Made by a program: the position numbers and the translations under genes. The notes beneath the pieces were generated by a model. The model was not told the DNA's origin. It worked only from the letters and a program-made list of their open reading frames with translations, and ran no database searches. This document shows, piece by piece, positions 25,377-40,035 of a DNA stretch of 64,000 nt. Each line of letters opens with the position of its first letter. Position 1 is the stretch's first letter. This stretch comes from Octopus sinensis (Eukaryota): positions 20,646,001 to 20,710,000 of the forward strand of contig NC_043005.1 of assembly GCF_006345805.1 (NCBI RefSeq), in the 5' to 3' direction.

Positions 25377-26469
25377 GTAATTATAATTTAGATTTTATTA
25401 TTGGGCATCTCTTTTCTATTTGTTCTGAAGTTTATGATTCCATTTATACTTCATAATCTACAGACAACCATTTCTGTAAGAACATTTAGAATTTTACCTA
25501 TGAGGAGAAATGTAAACATGTTTCTGACATAAAAAACAAAGAGAGAGAGAAACAATATTAAGAACTGTATACACTGTTAAAACATTCTGGTACAGCATTT
25601 GTTCAACTTGAATACTTTTCTGCATATTTTCAGTTGTTGTTTCTTATTTTATGTCAGAAAGGAAACTGTTGGTCTTTTACTTAAACCTGAATAGTAGTAG
25701 CAGTAACACTACTAGTAGTGACAGTGGCAGCAGCAGCAACAGCAGCCGTCCAAGAATTTGGACCTGGAGATCTCCATTTCCAGCGACTTCGAGGGCCACC
25801 TCCCAGTGGTGTCGGGCATCAACGAAGAGCCCTCGACAACAACAAGACGACCAAAGTTTTTTTTTTCCAAGGTCTGGGGTCTCCTGCCCCTAAGCTCTAG
25901 ACCTTCACCTAATCACCCTTACCTGTCTTGTTGTTTAACAACAACAGCAGCAACAGCAGAAGTAACTACTTGGACATGATTTACTGCTGGTACAGCACAT
26001 TGTCTCACCAGGAGTTACTGTTTTGCATAATATCACATACAAAATAACAAAGAAATTCCAGTCTACAGAGTCATGTATTTTTTACATTTTGACATGGTTG
26101 TTATGGCCTTCCTATCACAACATAAAGAAAGTACATTGTCTCATGTTACTAGAATTAAAGAAACTGTTACCAAGACTAAAGAATCACCCCAACTTATACA
26201 AGTTTCTATTTAGAGTAGTTCCATGGCATTAAAAACATAGAAGCCAGAAAATTCGCTCAGTTTGATCTCAAGGATTTTGTGTATTCAACCTTGAAACCAT
26301 AATCATTAAGGAAAATTCACTAGGTTTATTGATCTCTCATTAAAATATTTGTGCATGCAAGTATGTCATTACTATCACGACAGACCTTTGGGGCCAAAAA
26401 GAAAGTTGAGCCATTTCTCTGCATAACTATGAGGAAATATAACTAGGCTGGAATGATAGATATTACTAT

Positions 26470-27250
26470 AATATTTACCTTGGGCCCCCTCAAGAACTTC
26501 AAACATGTCATAAAGAGATGGGAATCTTGAAGTTTTATTTAAACATAAAGATTACTACTAATCAACATTCAACTAAGTGGACATTATTTTAGAATTGATG
26601 TCATGTATCTGGAAAATAAAACTCCTATATAATGCCTAACAAGGAGAATAGATACATCTATAGGAAATTTGGCTGCAATTCCCAAGCTATAATAAGAAAC
26701 TTAGTAACTGGCATTACTAAAAGTATCTTGAATTTATCTACAGATAGATGTTTTTGACAGTAACTATTCAGTATAAGGTGTTAGGTATGATTGGCTTTTG
26801 TGAGAAGTTGATATAAACAGAGGATCCTCCACTCCCAAATCCAAAGAGAATTAGAAAGAGAATAACTTGATTTTGTTCTTCCTTTAATGTAACTGTCTGC
26901 ATGAACATTACAAGAGAAGTTTTGTCCTGTTTTACACAACATTTCTGAGCTATACATAAGTACCACGAGCTTCTGAATGTGCATTAAGTTAAGGTTCATT
27001 ACTCCCATCTTAATAATATGATTCCACCATTGTATGTTACCAGAGGCAAACTTTTCTGTCATCTGGCCTTTGTCCCAGACAACCACATGAAATTGCCAAA
27101 ATCTATCTATTTCTTCTCTGAGAGAATTCTGCTATTATTAGACAATGGTTTCTGAGTAACCTTCACACTCCACCAGATGATTTCCTAATAAATTAAAAGG
27201 GGTGCAGTCAAGGAAAGTTTTATTCAGCAGATATTCTACTTCAAGTTGAT
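26470..27250 (+). mobile_element. Degenerate PLE fragment, paralog of 2470..3230
   Basis: NSQAIIRNLVTGITKSILNLSTD remnant; colinear with the unit-1 intron copy. Confidence 0.5.
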
Positions 27251-27707
27251 AAACAGGAAAAATTCCACCTACCTGTCATATTCTATTTGGAAACTTGTGA
27301 ACCATGGAAAAGATTTGTTCAGTATAGCCTCAAGCTTACACCCCGAATGCATTAGACAAGAGAAAACCCTTACATATACATACACAAGAGGAATGTTTGA
27401 GTTTATATGCATGCAAATAAATATGTATAAAGCTTAGTATGTATGAAATAATGCATGCAATGCATACTTTCCTGTGCATGCATATATTGCATGTGAGATT
27501 TTCTAGTGTTTCACTCTTGAACTGACAAATTCAAATGCATAAATTCATACATATGTACAGGAATACATGCATGCATGGATCCCAGCAACCTCTGGAACTG
27601 CAAAAAATCTGTAAAACTTTCCAGAAATAAGTATATATGAGCATGTGTACACATGCAACTATATGCATGACAATACATACATAAAGCAACACATAGAAAT
27701 CTGCACA

Positions 27708-27845
27708 AGCAGGTGTGGATGTGTAGTAAGAGGCTTACTTCCCAACCACATGGCTTCAGGTCCAGTCCCACTGTGTGACACCTTGGGCAAATGTCCAAAG
27801 CCTTGTGAATGGATTTGGTAGAGGAAAGCGGGAAGAAGCCCATTG

Positions 27846-27850
<5 letters not shown>
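27708..27850 (+). mobile_element. SINE family 1 head with internal deletion
   Basis: gtgtggatgtgtagtaag...caccttgggcaa...gatttggtag. Confidence 0.6.
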
Positions 27851-27887
<37 letters not shown>

Positions 27888-27894
27888 CTTAAAT

Positions 27895-28420
27895 GAGATG
27901 GTGTGCCCATATTGTTCAAATGGTGGATGAATGCACACCCAAACAATTGTTTTATGGTGAGCTTGCAGAGGGGAAACACTATTGCTGTAAACCTAAAAAA
28001 AGGTTCAAGGATGGCATAAGGACTACCATGAGGTCACTTGGAATGGATCCAGAGGACATAGAAACCCATGCTTCAGATCGTGCTGGATGGCAAACTAAAG
28101 TGTGGAGTGGAGTGAAAGCATTTGAAGAGGCCAGGACAATGCATGCAAGATTCAAGAGAAATTCAAAGAAGAATCTTATGATCAAGAAGGTGAATCACAC
28201 TGACCTTATGTGCACAGTTTGTGTGACAGACCATGCCTTTCTTTTGCTGGGCTCAAATCTCATTTGCGAACCTATGGAAAATGAACTTCCACCAACTATT
28301 CTGCCTATGTGTCTGTGCACACCTTTCGATGCAATGTATGCCAGAAGGTCTGCAAATCTAATGGTGGCCTCAAAAACATTTTTAGATCCACAAATATCAG
28401 AACTTAACTGCAGCTCTAGG
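27895..28420 (+). mobile_element. RTE/BovB-like LINE 3' fragment
   Basis: RWCAHIVQMVDECTPKQLFYGELAEG...KPKKRFKD...DRAGW. Confidence 0.75.
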
Positions 28421-28799
28421 TGATCCAAATCAGATATGCAATCTATGTGGGTGTCTTTTCAAAACATTGTCTGGTTTAAAAAGCCACATTAGATGCCATG
28501 ATGGTTCTAAGGTGTAGGTACAGAAAGTGGTTAGTCTCTGCATAGGGAGTAGACAACCACCATATATATACACATACACATATTGATCAATGTGTGTGAC
28601 TGGAAGGAGCCTGTTGTATATCATTATCGTCATTTAATGTTTGCTTTCCATGTTATCATAGGCTGGATGGTTTGACTGAGGGCTGGCAAGCCAGAAGTTT
28701 GCACCAGACTCCAATTTGATCCATCAAAGTTTCTACAGCATGATTGCCCTTCTTAATACCAACCATTCCAAGAGGGGCCTAATAACTGAGTTCCACTGA

Positions 28800-29680
28800 A
28801 TTCTTGCCTGAACATTAAATTTGTTGCTAACATTTACCTTACTAACAGCACCCCTGTACAAAGCTTGGATGGATCTTAGCAACCATTTATCTAACCCTAG
28901 ATTTCTCAGCAATCACCGTATAAGACAGAGAAAATACCAAGTTTATGCCGACAAGCACCAAGTACTATGGGATATATTTTGCTACGTACTTCTCCTGCTG
29001 TTGCCTTACAAAGAAGATACCGTTGGTAATGCTTCTCCCTGGCATAAAATGAAACTGTTTCTTATCTAAGCTAAGTCTTTTCTTAGTTGTATCTGTAGCT
29101 TTCATGTAATTCTTTCTAACTGGTCTGACAATCTAATACCATTCTCATTATTTCTGTCTAAGGCATCTGCCTTCTTCTGTCTAAGGCATTATTTCTGTCT
29201 AAGGCATCTAAGGCATTATTTCAGTCCAAGGTCCATCAATGAATTACCTGATAGTTCAGATAACTGGTACCTTTATGGGTCCACATTAGGAGAACTTGCC
29301 TTTTCTCATGCATTCTCCACATTTGGCACTTTCATGTCTCTTTCTTTTTCAGAAACACTCAGTACAAGTGTACCATCATTGCTACCAGGGCAAATAGCCA
29401 GTTCATGATAAACATTGCTGGAGTAGAAGTGCTGTTAGCCATGCAAATCCAAGATACATGGAATGTGATGAAACTGTTTTGCATGCACTTGACCAGTGCC
29501 TCAGCATTGCTAACTTGTAGAGTCAGTTCAATCTGACTACCAGCTAAATCCATTGGGAAGATCATCCTTGTCTTCCTTTAGTTGGAAAGAATAAGCAATC
29601 ATCTGCAGTCTGGTGGCTTTAGCAAAAGAAGTTTGTGTGGTGGACCAGATTGAAAAGCGCTGAAGACTTGATACATTCCT
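28800..29680 (-). mobile_element. Highly degenerate non-LTR RT fragment
   Basis: Weak remnants (SAF..V.HKLLL, DDL) on the minus strand; clade not assignable. Confidence 0.3.
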
Positions 29681-31550
29681 TTTGGGTTAAGCCCTCATTA
29701 TATTTTTCAAGTTGAGAAGAAACGGAATGTAGTGCCACCTCCCAGTTAATTATTTGAAAGGTGATGACAAACATCAACTGACTGTACTAGCCCTGAGCAT
29801 GGACTTGTAGGTTGAAAAAGGATAACTGGGAGAGTGCACTAACATTAGTGGTCAGGATGATCATGATTTAGTAGGGTTTCCAGGAGTAACCCTTGAAAGT
29901 CTCTCATTCATTGAAGAATTGATTTACTTTGCTTAAAATTTTTTTCTCCTTTTTTTTTTGTTATTTTGCATGTTGCATTCACTTTTATGTTATCCCACTT
30001 TATATTTTAATCTACAATTTTTTATCTAATCTCATTCACAAATACATCGATGGGTGGATGGAAGAAGGAATAATAATAATAACTTATAGAAAGATTTTTC
30101 AATGAAAGTGAAATAACTTTATAAAAACAGCCATGGATGTTATCATTCTTAAAAAATTAGTTCGAACAACAAGAAAAGTAGATATAATTAAACAATTGAA
30201 ATGAAATAACAACTTAGACTGTGTTTTGTTAATAAAAACTATAATGATGATGCTGGCGGTGGTGGTAGTGGTGGTGCAATTATTTATTGTTGGCTCACTT
30301 GAAAATACATGTGTTTATAATCCACTCTAAATTTGTTCTCTATTTATAACCCCAGGTCGAATGCAAGGTAATGAAGTTATAGGGAACAAATTTAGAGTAG
30401 GTTTTAAGTATTTGATATCTACTTTTAGCATATAGGTGCTTAATTATAATTATATTTTTATAAGTATATATTTAAAATATATATGACAGATGATATAAGT
30501 TAACTAGAATAAAAATAAGACAGGATAGGCAATGATGTACAGAGAAGCAGGGGGTTGAATCACTAAAACAAGCTAAGAGCATCAAAGAGTATAGAGTGAG
30601 TATTTAGAACAGATATGGGAAAGTGTTCAAGATAGAATCTAAAATGAAAATGAGAGAAAACATTAAAAAATCTGTAAACATATGGTTGAAAGTTACAATA
30701 TGAACATTCTTTGTAATCACTGTAAAGATCTTAGATTTGTAAATGAACCTCTCAGCCGCTGAGAGAATAGAAAAGTCACATTCCTTCAATTACAGCCTTA
30801 TCCAGAAGAACTGAAAGGTATTTTTAATATACTGCTGAATATATAATTTATAAAGGAATACTAATCTTTTTGGTTCTGTATAAACTTGCAACATTCTAAA
30901 AAAATACTGTACTTACTATGGAATTTCCACAGGTACTGTGAGTTGTTATTAATATTATTTTAAAGATATTTAAAAAATATTATATAATCATGTAGAAGTA
31001 CAAGGTAAATGAAATTTTGAATAAAATATGAGATGCGCAGTTATTAAAATGGACAATTTATTATAATAGAATGATCCATCCACAAAATAATTTTTCAGTG
31101 CAAACCACTTTTCTCAGAATAAATGTGAATTTGATTACATCATAAGTCACACTCAAACCTTTGTCTGCATGTTTTTATTTTGAATAATCTATTTAGACAT
31201 TCTTCTGATGGTGTACTTTCATTTAAGATTTCATGGCTGTAACAACAAACCTTTTGTTTGACTACATGTTAAAGGGAGTTTTTACTCTACAAAAGCATAC
31301 TATCAGGTTAGTTATGTACAAAGAATTATTTGCAGCCTAGACATGTGAGTCTTAAAGATATTCTGAAACTCATGTGAATTGTTTTGCAACTAGTGTATCA
31401 TTTTGTGAATCAACTGTTTATGCATAATATACTGTCCTTTTATAAAATTATGTACTCCATGCTTTATAACATTTAATAAACTTATGTGTCTTTGTGTGTG
31501 TGTGCATGTCTGCATATAAAATGTATTTCTTTTCTTTTCTTTTCTTCTAG

Positions 31551-31784
31551 CTAATGATGAAAATTCTATGCTTAAACAAGTTAGCATACCAATGAAGGAT
31601 ACTGTAGGACAACATACAAATAAGACCTTAATGGAGTGCGATGAAGCTTGCTACCAATATCAAGGATGTAATTCTTATCAGTACAACGAGAAAAATAAAG
31701 CATGTGTTTTGAGTAAAATAACTCAGTTGACTCATGAACTTAAACCCAACAGTAACAATTGGGATACATACATAGTTAACCCTG
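31551..31784 (+). CDS. Exon B3, PAN type B (234 nt)
   Basis: ttctAG|CT AAT...AAC CCT G|GTtagt; NDENSMLKQVSIPMKDTVGQHTNKTLMECDEACYQYQGCNSYQYNEKNKACVLSKITQLTHELKPNSNNWDTYIVNPG. Confidence 0.9.
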
Positions 31785-32522
31785 GTTAGTAGAGCATTTT
31801 CATCTTATTTACTGTGTGCATGTGTGTGTATAAGAACTGCAATGCTGCATGACAGGGAGACATGGGCCTTGAACACAGAAGACATGAAAAGACTGGAAAG
31901 AAATGAATCAAGCATGCTCTATTTGATATGCAAATTTAAGTGTGCATGTATGACGTAGTATTGGGTTGGTGCATAATTATTGTGGCTTTTTTTCAACAAA
32001 TTTTATTCAACAAAAACAACAACAGCATGTAACAAAAACATCTTTAAATGATTATTCCGGAGCATATTCACCACCTACTTCAGTTACTGCTTCTTATTTG
32101 CTTGGGAGGCCGTCAGACAGTCCTTTAAAGATGTTTTTGTTAAATATTGTTCTTGTTTTTGTTGAATAAGAATCGTTGATAAAAAAGCTGCAATAATTAT
32201 GCACCAGTCCAATATAAATGTGCTGAATGCAAAACTGGGTTTAAAGTGAAATCAGATGTAGCATACAAGAAAGAAGACTGGTGTATGGATATGCTATGCA
32301 TATGGATGAATACAGCTGTATAGTGCAGTGCTGATAACTAAATATGGGAGGAGCTTGTGGATGAGGGAGATCTATGAAAAAATGGGACAGAGTACTGAAG
32401 GCTAACCTCAGGACCCTGAATCTCAAATAAAAGATGACACAGGACTGCAATGTCTAGCAATATGTGGTTGTTAAGATGACTTGCCTGTCACTGTACAACT
32501 GATTTCTTGAACCACTGTGCTT

Positions 32523-32581
<59 letters not shown>

Positions 32582-32584
<3 letters not shown>

Positions 32585-32982
32585 CATAGGAGTGGCTGTG
32601 TGGCTGTGTGGTAAGTAGCTTGCTAACCAACCACATGGTTCTGGGTTCAGTCTCACTGCGTGGCATCTTGGGCAAGTGTCTTCTGCTATAGCCCCAGGCT
32701 GACCAATGCCTTGTGAGTGGATTTGGTAGATGGAAACTGAAGGAAGCCTGTCGTATATATGTATATATATGTATGTGTGTTTTGTGTGTCTGTGTTTGTC
32801 CCCCTAGCATTGCTTGACAACCGATGCTGGTGTGTTTATGTCCCCGTCACTTTGTGGTCGGCAAAAAGAGACCGATAGAATAAGTACTGGGCTTACAAAA
32901 AATAAGTCCCGGGGTCGATTTGCTCGACTAAAGGTGGTGCTCCAGCATGGCTGCAGTCAAATGACTGAAACAAGTAAAAGAG

Positions 32983-32985
<3 letters not shown>
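32582..32985 (+). mobile_element. SINE family 1, full length, TA-flanked
   Basis: Matches the 2063 copy; (TA)n on both sides. Confidence 0.85.
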
Positions 32986-33015
<30 letters not shown>

Positions 33016-34295
33016 GTGTGTGTATGTGTTCGTGTGTATGGGTACAAATATGCACCTCACTCATCTCCTTCTCATATTGCTCTTCCCCTACATCTCCCCC
33101 AACAAATCTCTATTCCTTAAACCTGATATCATGTTTCCACCTTGCTCCCTGAAAACATCTCTCTACATCTACACATTACACAGGTTATCCTCCCCCTCCC
33201 CCGCTCCTCACTGAACCATCATATTATCCCTCCTCATGTCCTAAATGTCCCTCTCCCTTCCTTCAGCTTCTTCAGCCATTTGTAATCACTTCTTTGTCCC
33301 CTCTCTATCAATTCTATCATCATTACTATCATGTGGCTGCTTTCCCCTGCACACTTCTTGCATCCCTCTTCTTTCCCTAACTCATGTATTATTAGCCATC
33401 CTCCTTTCCTCTTGTTCAAAAGTCCTAACATTCACCCTTCGCCACTACCCAATTTTACAGATGTTACCTACTAGCTCTCACCCATTGCCTCACTATGCAA
33501 CTGTTGCAACTCTCACAGACTCACAGTCCTAGTTTCTTTGTTCTCACTCACTTTTACTCATCTTGGAAATAAGGTACCACATAAATACCTTTTCATTACT
33601 ATTTATTTATTTTTTTTTTTAGCTTCTAGTGATTCACTCTCACACTCTCCCCTAAATGTGAGTAACCATATAGCTTCTCTACATCAAGTATCTGCTCTGC
33701 TCCATTCTTTCCTCCTATATTAGCCATCATCTTCTAGCATAAAGCTATTATAAGAGTTCTTTAGAATTTGCAGTCTTACAAGCTACATGGCAACTTTACT
33801 AGTGGCACAAGAAAAACACCTTCTACATATTGTAAAGTGGATGGTGTTTGAAGGGCATCCAGTCATGGAAACCTTAGCAAAGCAGACACTGGAACACAAT
33901 GCAGTCCTTTGACCCTCTGGATCCTATCAAACTGTTAAACCAATGCCAGCATAGAACATGAATATCAAATGATGATGATGTGTATGTAAGTGTGAAGTGT
34001 AGTGTGCGCACACATACACACATTATGAGAGAAAATGTATGGGCATGAACTTTGTACTCTTTTATTACATCTGTTTGCAAGGAAATGCAGTATATGAATA
34101 TTACCTTTGGAATACACCCACATGAAGCAAAGACCATACTTTAAGTAGATGGTACAGAAATATAATGCCCTCATCAATAAGATGGGATGACTAGCATTCC
34201 CCTTTGAGAACAAACCTAATAAACACTCAAGTTCAACCTAGGTAGTTCTACATATGAAGGGTATGTATATGTATGTATATATATATGAATGCATG

Positions 34296-34328
<33 letters not shown>

Positions 34329-34396
34329 GGGTATGTATATATATATATATATGAATGTATATATATATATATATATATATGATTGATTGATTGATT

Positions 34397-35060
34397 CTAG
34401 TTTCAGCTCACGAGCTGTGGCCATGCTGGGGCACCGCCATTTGGTGTTGCTACATGGTTTTACTTCACGAATGCTTTTTAGCAACTGCCATTTGGTGAAT
34501 GAGAGAGTTCGATGCAGCTGCCCTCATCTGCACCTCCTGCCGTGAAGTTGGTTCATCTGGGATACCTGACAAGAAGAGATCCAGTTTCATTTTAAAGACA
34601 TCTGCATCCACCCCATGCAGGTCTCTTAGGTTCTTCGGGAGGATATTGAAGAGCTGTAGGCCTCGGAAGCCCAGGCTATCACAGTATCTTGTCCTACATC
34701 TTGATGGCAAATTTGGAGTCCTCGGCACCATGCAGTGGCGCCCAGTTCTGGCATTTGTGTAATTCTCAATGCCAAAGTTTGGGACAAGTCCTTCCAAGAT
34801 CTTCCAGATGTATATTATGGCATATCTTTCTTGCCTACACTCCAAGGAATAGAGTTTTAATCTCTTGAGTCTTTCCCAGTAGCTTATATTCTGCACAGAG
34901 GCTATCTTCTTCGTGTAGCTACGTTGGATCGCCTCAAGTTCTGTGATCAACTTGACACTGGATGGTGACCATAGCTGAGAGCAATAGTCAAAGTGAACTG
35001 CATGCTATTCTTTTCAGCCCACTTGTATATTTTGTCCAGCTCACATTGCAGCCGTTTAGT
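34397..35060 (-). mobile_element. CR1/L2-like LINE 3' fragment
   Basis: ELEAIQRSYTKKI..SYWERLKRLKLYSLE..ERYAIIYIWKIL; 3' stem-loop tail followed by (AATC)n. Confidence 0.8.
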
Positions 35061-35223
35061 GTATATATATATATATATGTATGTATGTATGTGTGTGTAT
35101 ATTTATGTATGTGTGTATATATTTATGTATGTATGTGTGTATATATTTATGTATGTATGTGTGTATATATTTATGTATGAATGTGTGTATATATTTATGT
35201 ATGTATATGTATATATATGTATG

Positions 35224-35266
<43 letters not shown>

Positions 35267-35421
35267 ATATATATGTATGTATGTATGTATATATATATGT
35301 ATGTATGTATATATATATGTATGTATGTATATATATATGTATGTATGTATATATATATATGTATGTATGTATGTATATATATATGTATGTATGTATGTAT
35401 ATATATATGTATATATGAGTG

Positions 35422-35456
<35 letters not shown>

Positions 35457-35504
35457 GTATATATATATATGTATGTATACATATATATGTATGTATGTAT
35501 ATAT

Positions 35505-35545
<41 letters not shown>

Positions 35546-35552
35546 TATATAT
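35057..35552. repeat. (TA/TATG)n compound microsatellite
   Basis: Low complexity. Confidence 0.95.
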
Positions 35553-36444
<892 letters not shown>

Positions 36445-36445
<1 letters not shown>

Positions 36446-37020
36446 TGTATAACAATACAAGGTATCATAAAAGTTGAAGCACCTCAAAGGGCAATCACAA
36501 AAAAGATAGATGGCATGACAGGCCTCGACTATTGGGGTCGACTAGAAAAGCTAAAACTTTATTCTCTTCAACGTCGTCGTGAGCGCTACATCATCTGCAT
36601 GATGTGGAAAATATTCCATCAGCATTGCCCAAATGATGTTGGCATCACCTTTAAGGTACATCCAAGGCTTGGGCCCCGTGCCATCCGCCCAAAACAAAAA
36701 TCGCACTCTCATCTCATAACAACAATACGGCACAATTATTTCACCTCAATTGGCCCCGCTCTCTTTAACATTACACCAAAACACATTAAAACAGAAACTG
36801 ACCCTATAGGGTTCAAGAAGTCTTTGGACAGATTCCTTCAAGAAATCCCGGATAAACCCCCTACACCCGGATATGTCTCTGTAAACAATAACTCTCTACT
36901 TGAGTGGGCCATAGTGCCCAAATTCTGACTTGAAAGACTTCACCAGGTGGTGCTATTAAGTTAGACATGGTCTGGGCCAATAATGGCCGAAACCTATCAA
37001 AGTATCAAAGTATCAAAGTA
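36445..37020 (+). mobile_element. CR1/L2-like LINE 3' fragment, second family
   Basis: [40 protein letters not shown]; tail (TATCAAAG)n. Confidence 0.8.
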
Positions 37021-37038
37021 TATATGTATATATATATG

Positions 37039-37107
<69 letters not shown>

Positions 37108-37129
37108 TATTTTTTATTTTTTATTTTAT

Positions 37130-38480
37130 CTAGTTTCAGCTCACGAGCTGTGGCCATGCTGGGGCACCGCCATATTTTTTTTTTCTAGTTTCAGCTCAGA
37201 GCTACACTGTTATTACGAAGAACCTCACCTAATATGTGGCACTTGGTGAAGAATGGAGTTTGATACAGCTACTCTCATTTGCACCACTTGCCGTGAGGTA
37301 GGTTCATCTGGGACTCTTGACAGGAAGATGTCCAGCTTTGATTTAAAAACTGCTACATCTACTTTATGCAAGTTCCTCAGACTCTTTGGGAGAATATTAA
37401 AAAGCTGTGAGCACTTGAAACCCAGGCTGTTGCAGAAGCTGGTCCTGAAGCGTGATGGCATTGCTGGGATCTTTGGCACAATGCAGTGTCGTCCCGTTCT
37501 AGCATTGGTGTAGCTTATAATGCCGAAATTTGGCACAATTCCTTCCAGGATCTTCCAGACATATATTACTGCATACCTCTTCCGTCTTCTCTCCAGGGAG
37601 TAGAGTCTTAGCTGTTTCAACCTTTCCCAGTAGCTGAGCTGTTGCAAAGAGACGATCTTCTTTGTGAATCTTCTCTGGATTGCTTCAAAGTCCGCTGTTA
37701 ATTTTACACTGGTGGGTGACCATAACTGTGAGCAGTAATCCAGGCGACTGAGGATGAATGTCCACCAGAGGACCATCATGGTTTCCTTATCTCTGGTTCT
37801 GAATGTTCTTAGGATCCACCCAGCCAGTCGTCTGCACTTTGTCGCCATCCTGGTAATGTGCACTTGGAAAGAGGTATCATCACTCATGTCGATACCCAGG
37901 TCCCTCACAGACTTAGGCTCTGGGATTGAAATTCCCTGTGGACCGGTGTATCCTGTAAGTTAAATATTCAGTTTTGGATGCTGGTAGCGCAGGGCCTGGA
38001 ATTTTTCAGCATTAAACTGCATATTATTATCCTCAGCTCATCTGTAGATTGAGTCCAACTCCTGCTGCAGGTGTGCAACATCGCTGGGGTTCTGTATTTT
38101 CTGCGAGACTTTCGTATCGTCTGCATAGCTGGCCAGAGTGGCTATCTGGGTATTTGAGGGCATATCTGAGAGGGCCACTATAAAAAGTAGTGGTCCCAAG
38201 ACAGTGCCCTGAGGAACACCGCTTACTATTTGTGTGTTCATAGAGGTGGCTCCATTAACCACTACTGCCTGACTCCTATCTTTCAGGAAGTCATGCAACC
38301 ACACTACAAGTTTTCCAGCTATGCCGAGGTCACGTAGTTTGTGGCATATCATACCATGATCCACCTTGTCAAAAGCTTTTGCAAAATCAAGGTAGATTAC
38401 ATCCACATTTGATTTGTTGAGTAACTGCCTCAACACCCAGTCATAATGCTGTAAGAGCTGGGTCAGGCAGCTCCTACCTG
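37130..38480 (-). mobile_element. CR1/L2-like LINE, 5'-truncated, RT domain
   Basis: YLDFAKAFDKVDH, GVPQGTVLGPLLF, YADDTK, LDYCSQLWSP; same tail as 34397, partly duplicated. Confidence 0.85.
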
Positions 38481-38559
38481 TATATATATATATATATACA
38501 TATATATGTATATATATATATATATGTATATATACCTAATGTAGGATAAAAAATTTTTT

Positions 38560-38885
38560 CAGGAAAAAAATTTTATCAATGGCCAGCATATCAAAAAATA
38601 CCTTTAAAGGTTAAATTTATAAATAATTTACAAGATAAGGGCAAAAGAAAAATTCTAATGCCAAATATGCCGAAACAAAAAATTGTCGATAACCATTATA
38701 ATTTATGCGTCTCGAAACAAACCGATAGAAATCTCTAAAAAATTCGTTATTACCATATTGGTCCAATTTCGGGGTTAATTCATAACAAAATTTTCCCCTC
38801 TTCAGCGGCAAATACGCGAGATATAAGTGAAATACTTTTTCTTATGAATTAACCCCGAATTCTTTTGCCCTTATCTTGTAAATTA
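38560..38885. mobile_element. PLE-type terminal-repeat fragment with internal inverted repeats
   Basis: taatttacaagataagggcaaaagaa (about 38624) inverted at about 38859; aatttcggggttaattcataa (about 38765) inverted at about 38841; contains a hammerhead core. Confidence 0.55.
38748..38814 (-). ncRNA. Type I hammerhead ribozyme (PLE-associated)
   Basis: Minus strand: GCCG-CUGAAGA-GGGG..CCCC-GAAA-UUGG A CCAA-UA^UGGU. All core residues present, stem II 4 G-C pairs, quasi-palindromic stem III, stem I with wobble pairs. Confidence 0.7.
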
Positions 38886-38909
38886 TATGTATATATATGT
38901 ATATTTATG

Positions 38910-38942
<33 letters not shown>

Positions 38943-38955
38943 GTATATTTATGTA

Positions 38956-38986
<31 letters not shown>

Positions 38987-39390
38987 ATATATGTATATAT
39001 GTATATATATATGTATATATATATGTATATGTATATACATATGTATATTTATATGTATATATATATGTATGTATGTATATATATATATATATGTATGTAT
39101 ATATATATATATATATTAATATATGTATGTATATATATATATATGTATGTATGTATATATATATGTATATATATATGTATATATATGTATATATATATAT
39201 ATATATGTATGTATATATATATGTATGTATGTATGTATATATATATATATATGTATGTATATATATATATGTATGTATATATGTATGTATATATATGTAT
39301 GTATGTATATATATATGTATGTATATATATATGTATGTATATACATGTATGTATGTATATATATGTATGTATGTATATAATATATGCATG

Positions 39391-39428
<38 letters not shown>

Positions 39429-39474
39429 CGTATATATATGTACATGTATGTATGTATATATTTGTATAATTATA

Positions 39475-39515
<41 letters not shown>

Positions 39516-39660
39516 ACATATATGTATGTATATATGTATGTATGCATGTATGTAGATATCTGTATATATATGTACATATATGTATGTATGTATATATATA
39601 TATATGTACACATATGTATTTGTATGTATATGTATGTATTTATGTATGTGTATATATGTG

Positions 39661-39715
<55 letters not shown>

Positions 39716-39815
39716 GTGTATATATATGTATGTATATATATATATATGTATGTATGTGTATAGATATGTATGTATATATATGTGTATATATATGTGTGTG
39801 TGTATGTATATGTCT
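38885..39815. repeat. About 0.9-kb (TA/TATG)n compound microsatellite
   Basis: Low complexity. Confidence 0.95.
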
Positions 39816-40035
39816 TTTGTGTCTTTGTTTGCTCCCCTGTCACTGCTTGAGAACTGGCGTTGGTGTGTTTGTGTGCCCATAACATAGAAGTTCAGTAAAA
39901 AAGACCAATAAATAAGTACTAGGTTTAAAAAATAAATCATTGGGTTGATTTCTTTAACTTAAAAAGCACTCTCAATATTGTGCTCCAGCGTGGTTCTCTT
40001 CAAATGACTAAAATATTTAATGGAATAAAAGAATA
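39815..40035 (+). mobile_element. Degenerate SINE family 1, 3' half
   Basis: ttggtgtgttt..aataagtactagg..gtgctccagcgtgg..caaatgact. Confidence 0.6.

Noticed and set aside
30796-30817. 22-nt AG..GT segment reading PYPEELK
   Set aside because: Phase 0-1, incompatible with the flanking phase-1 exons.
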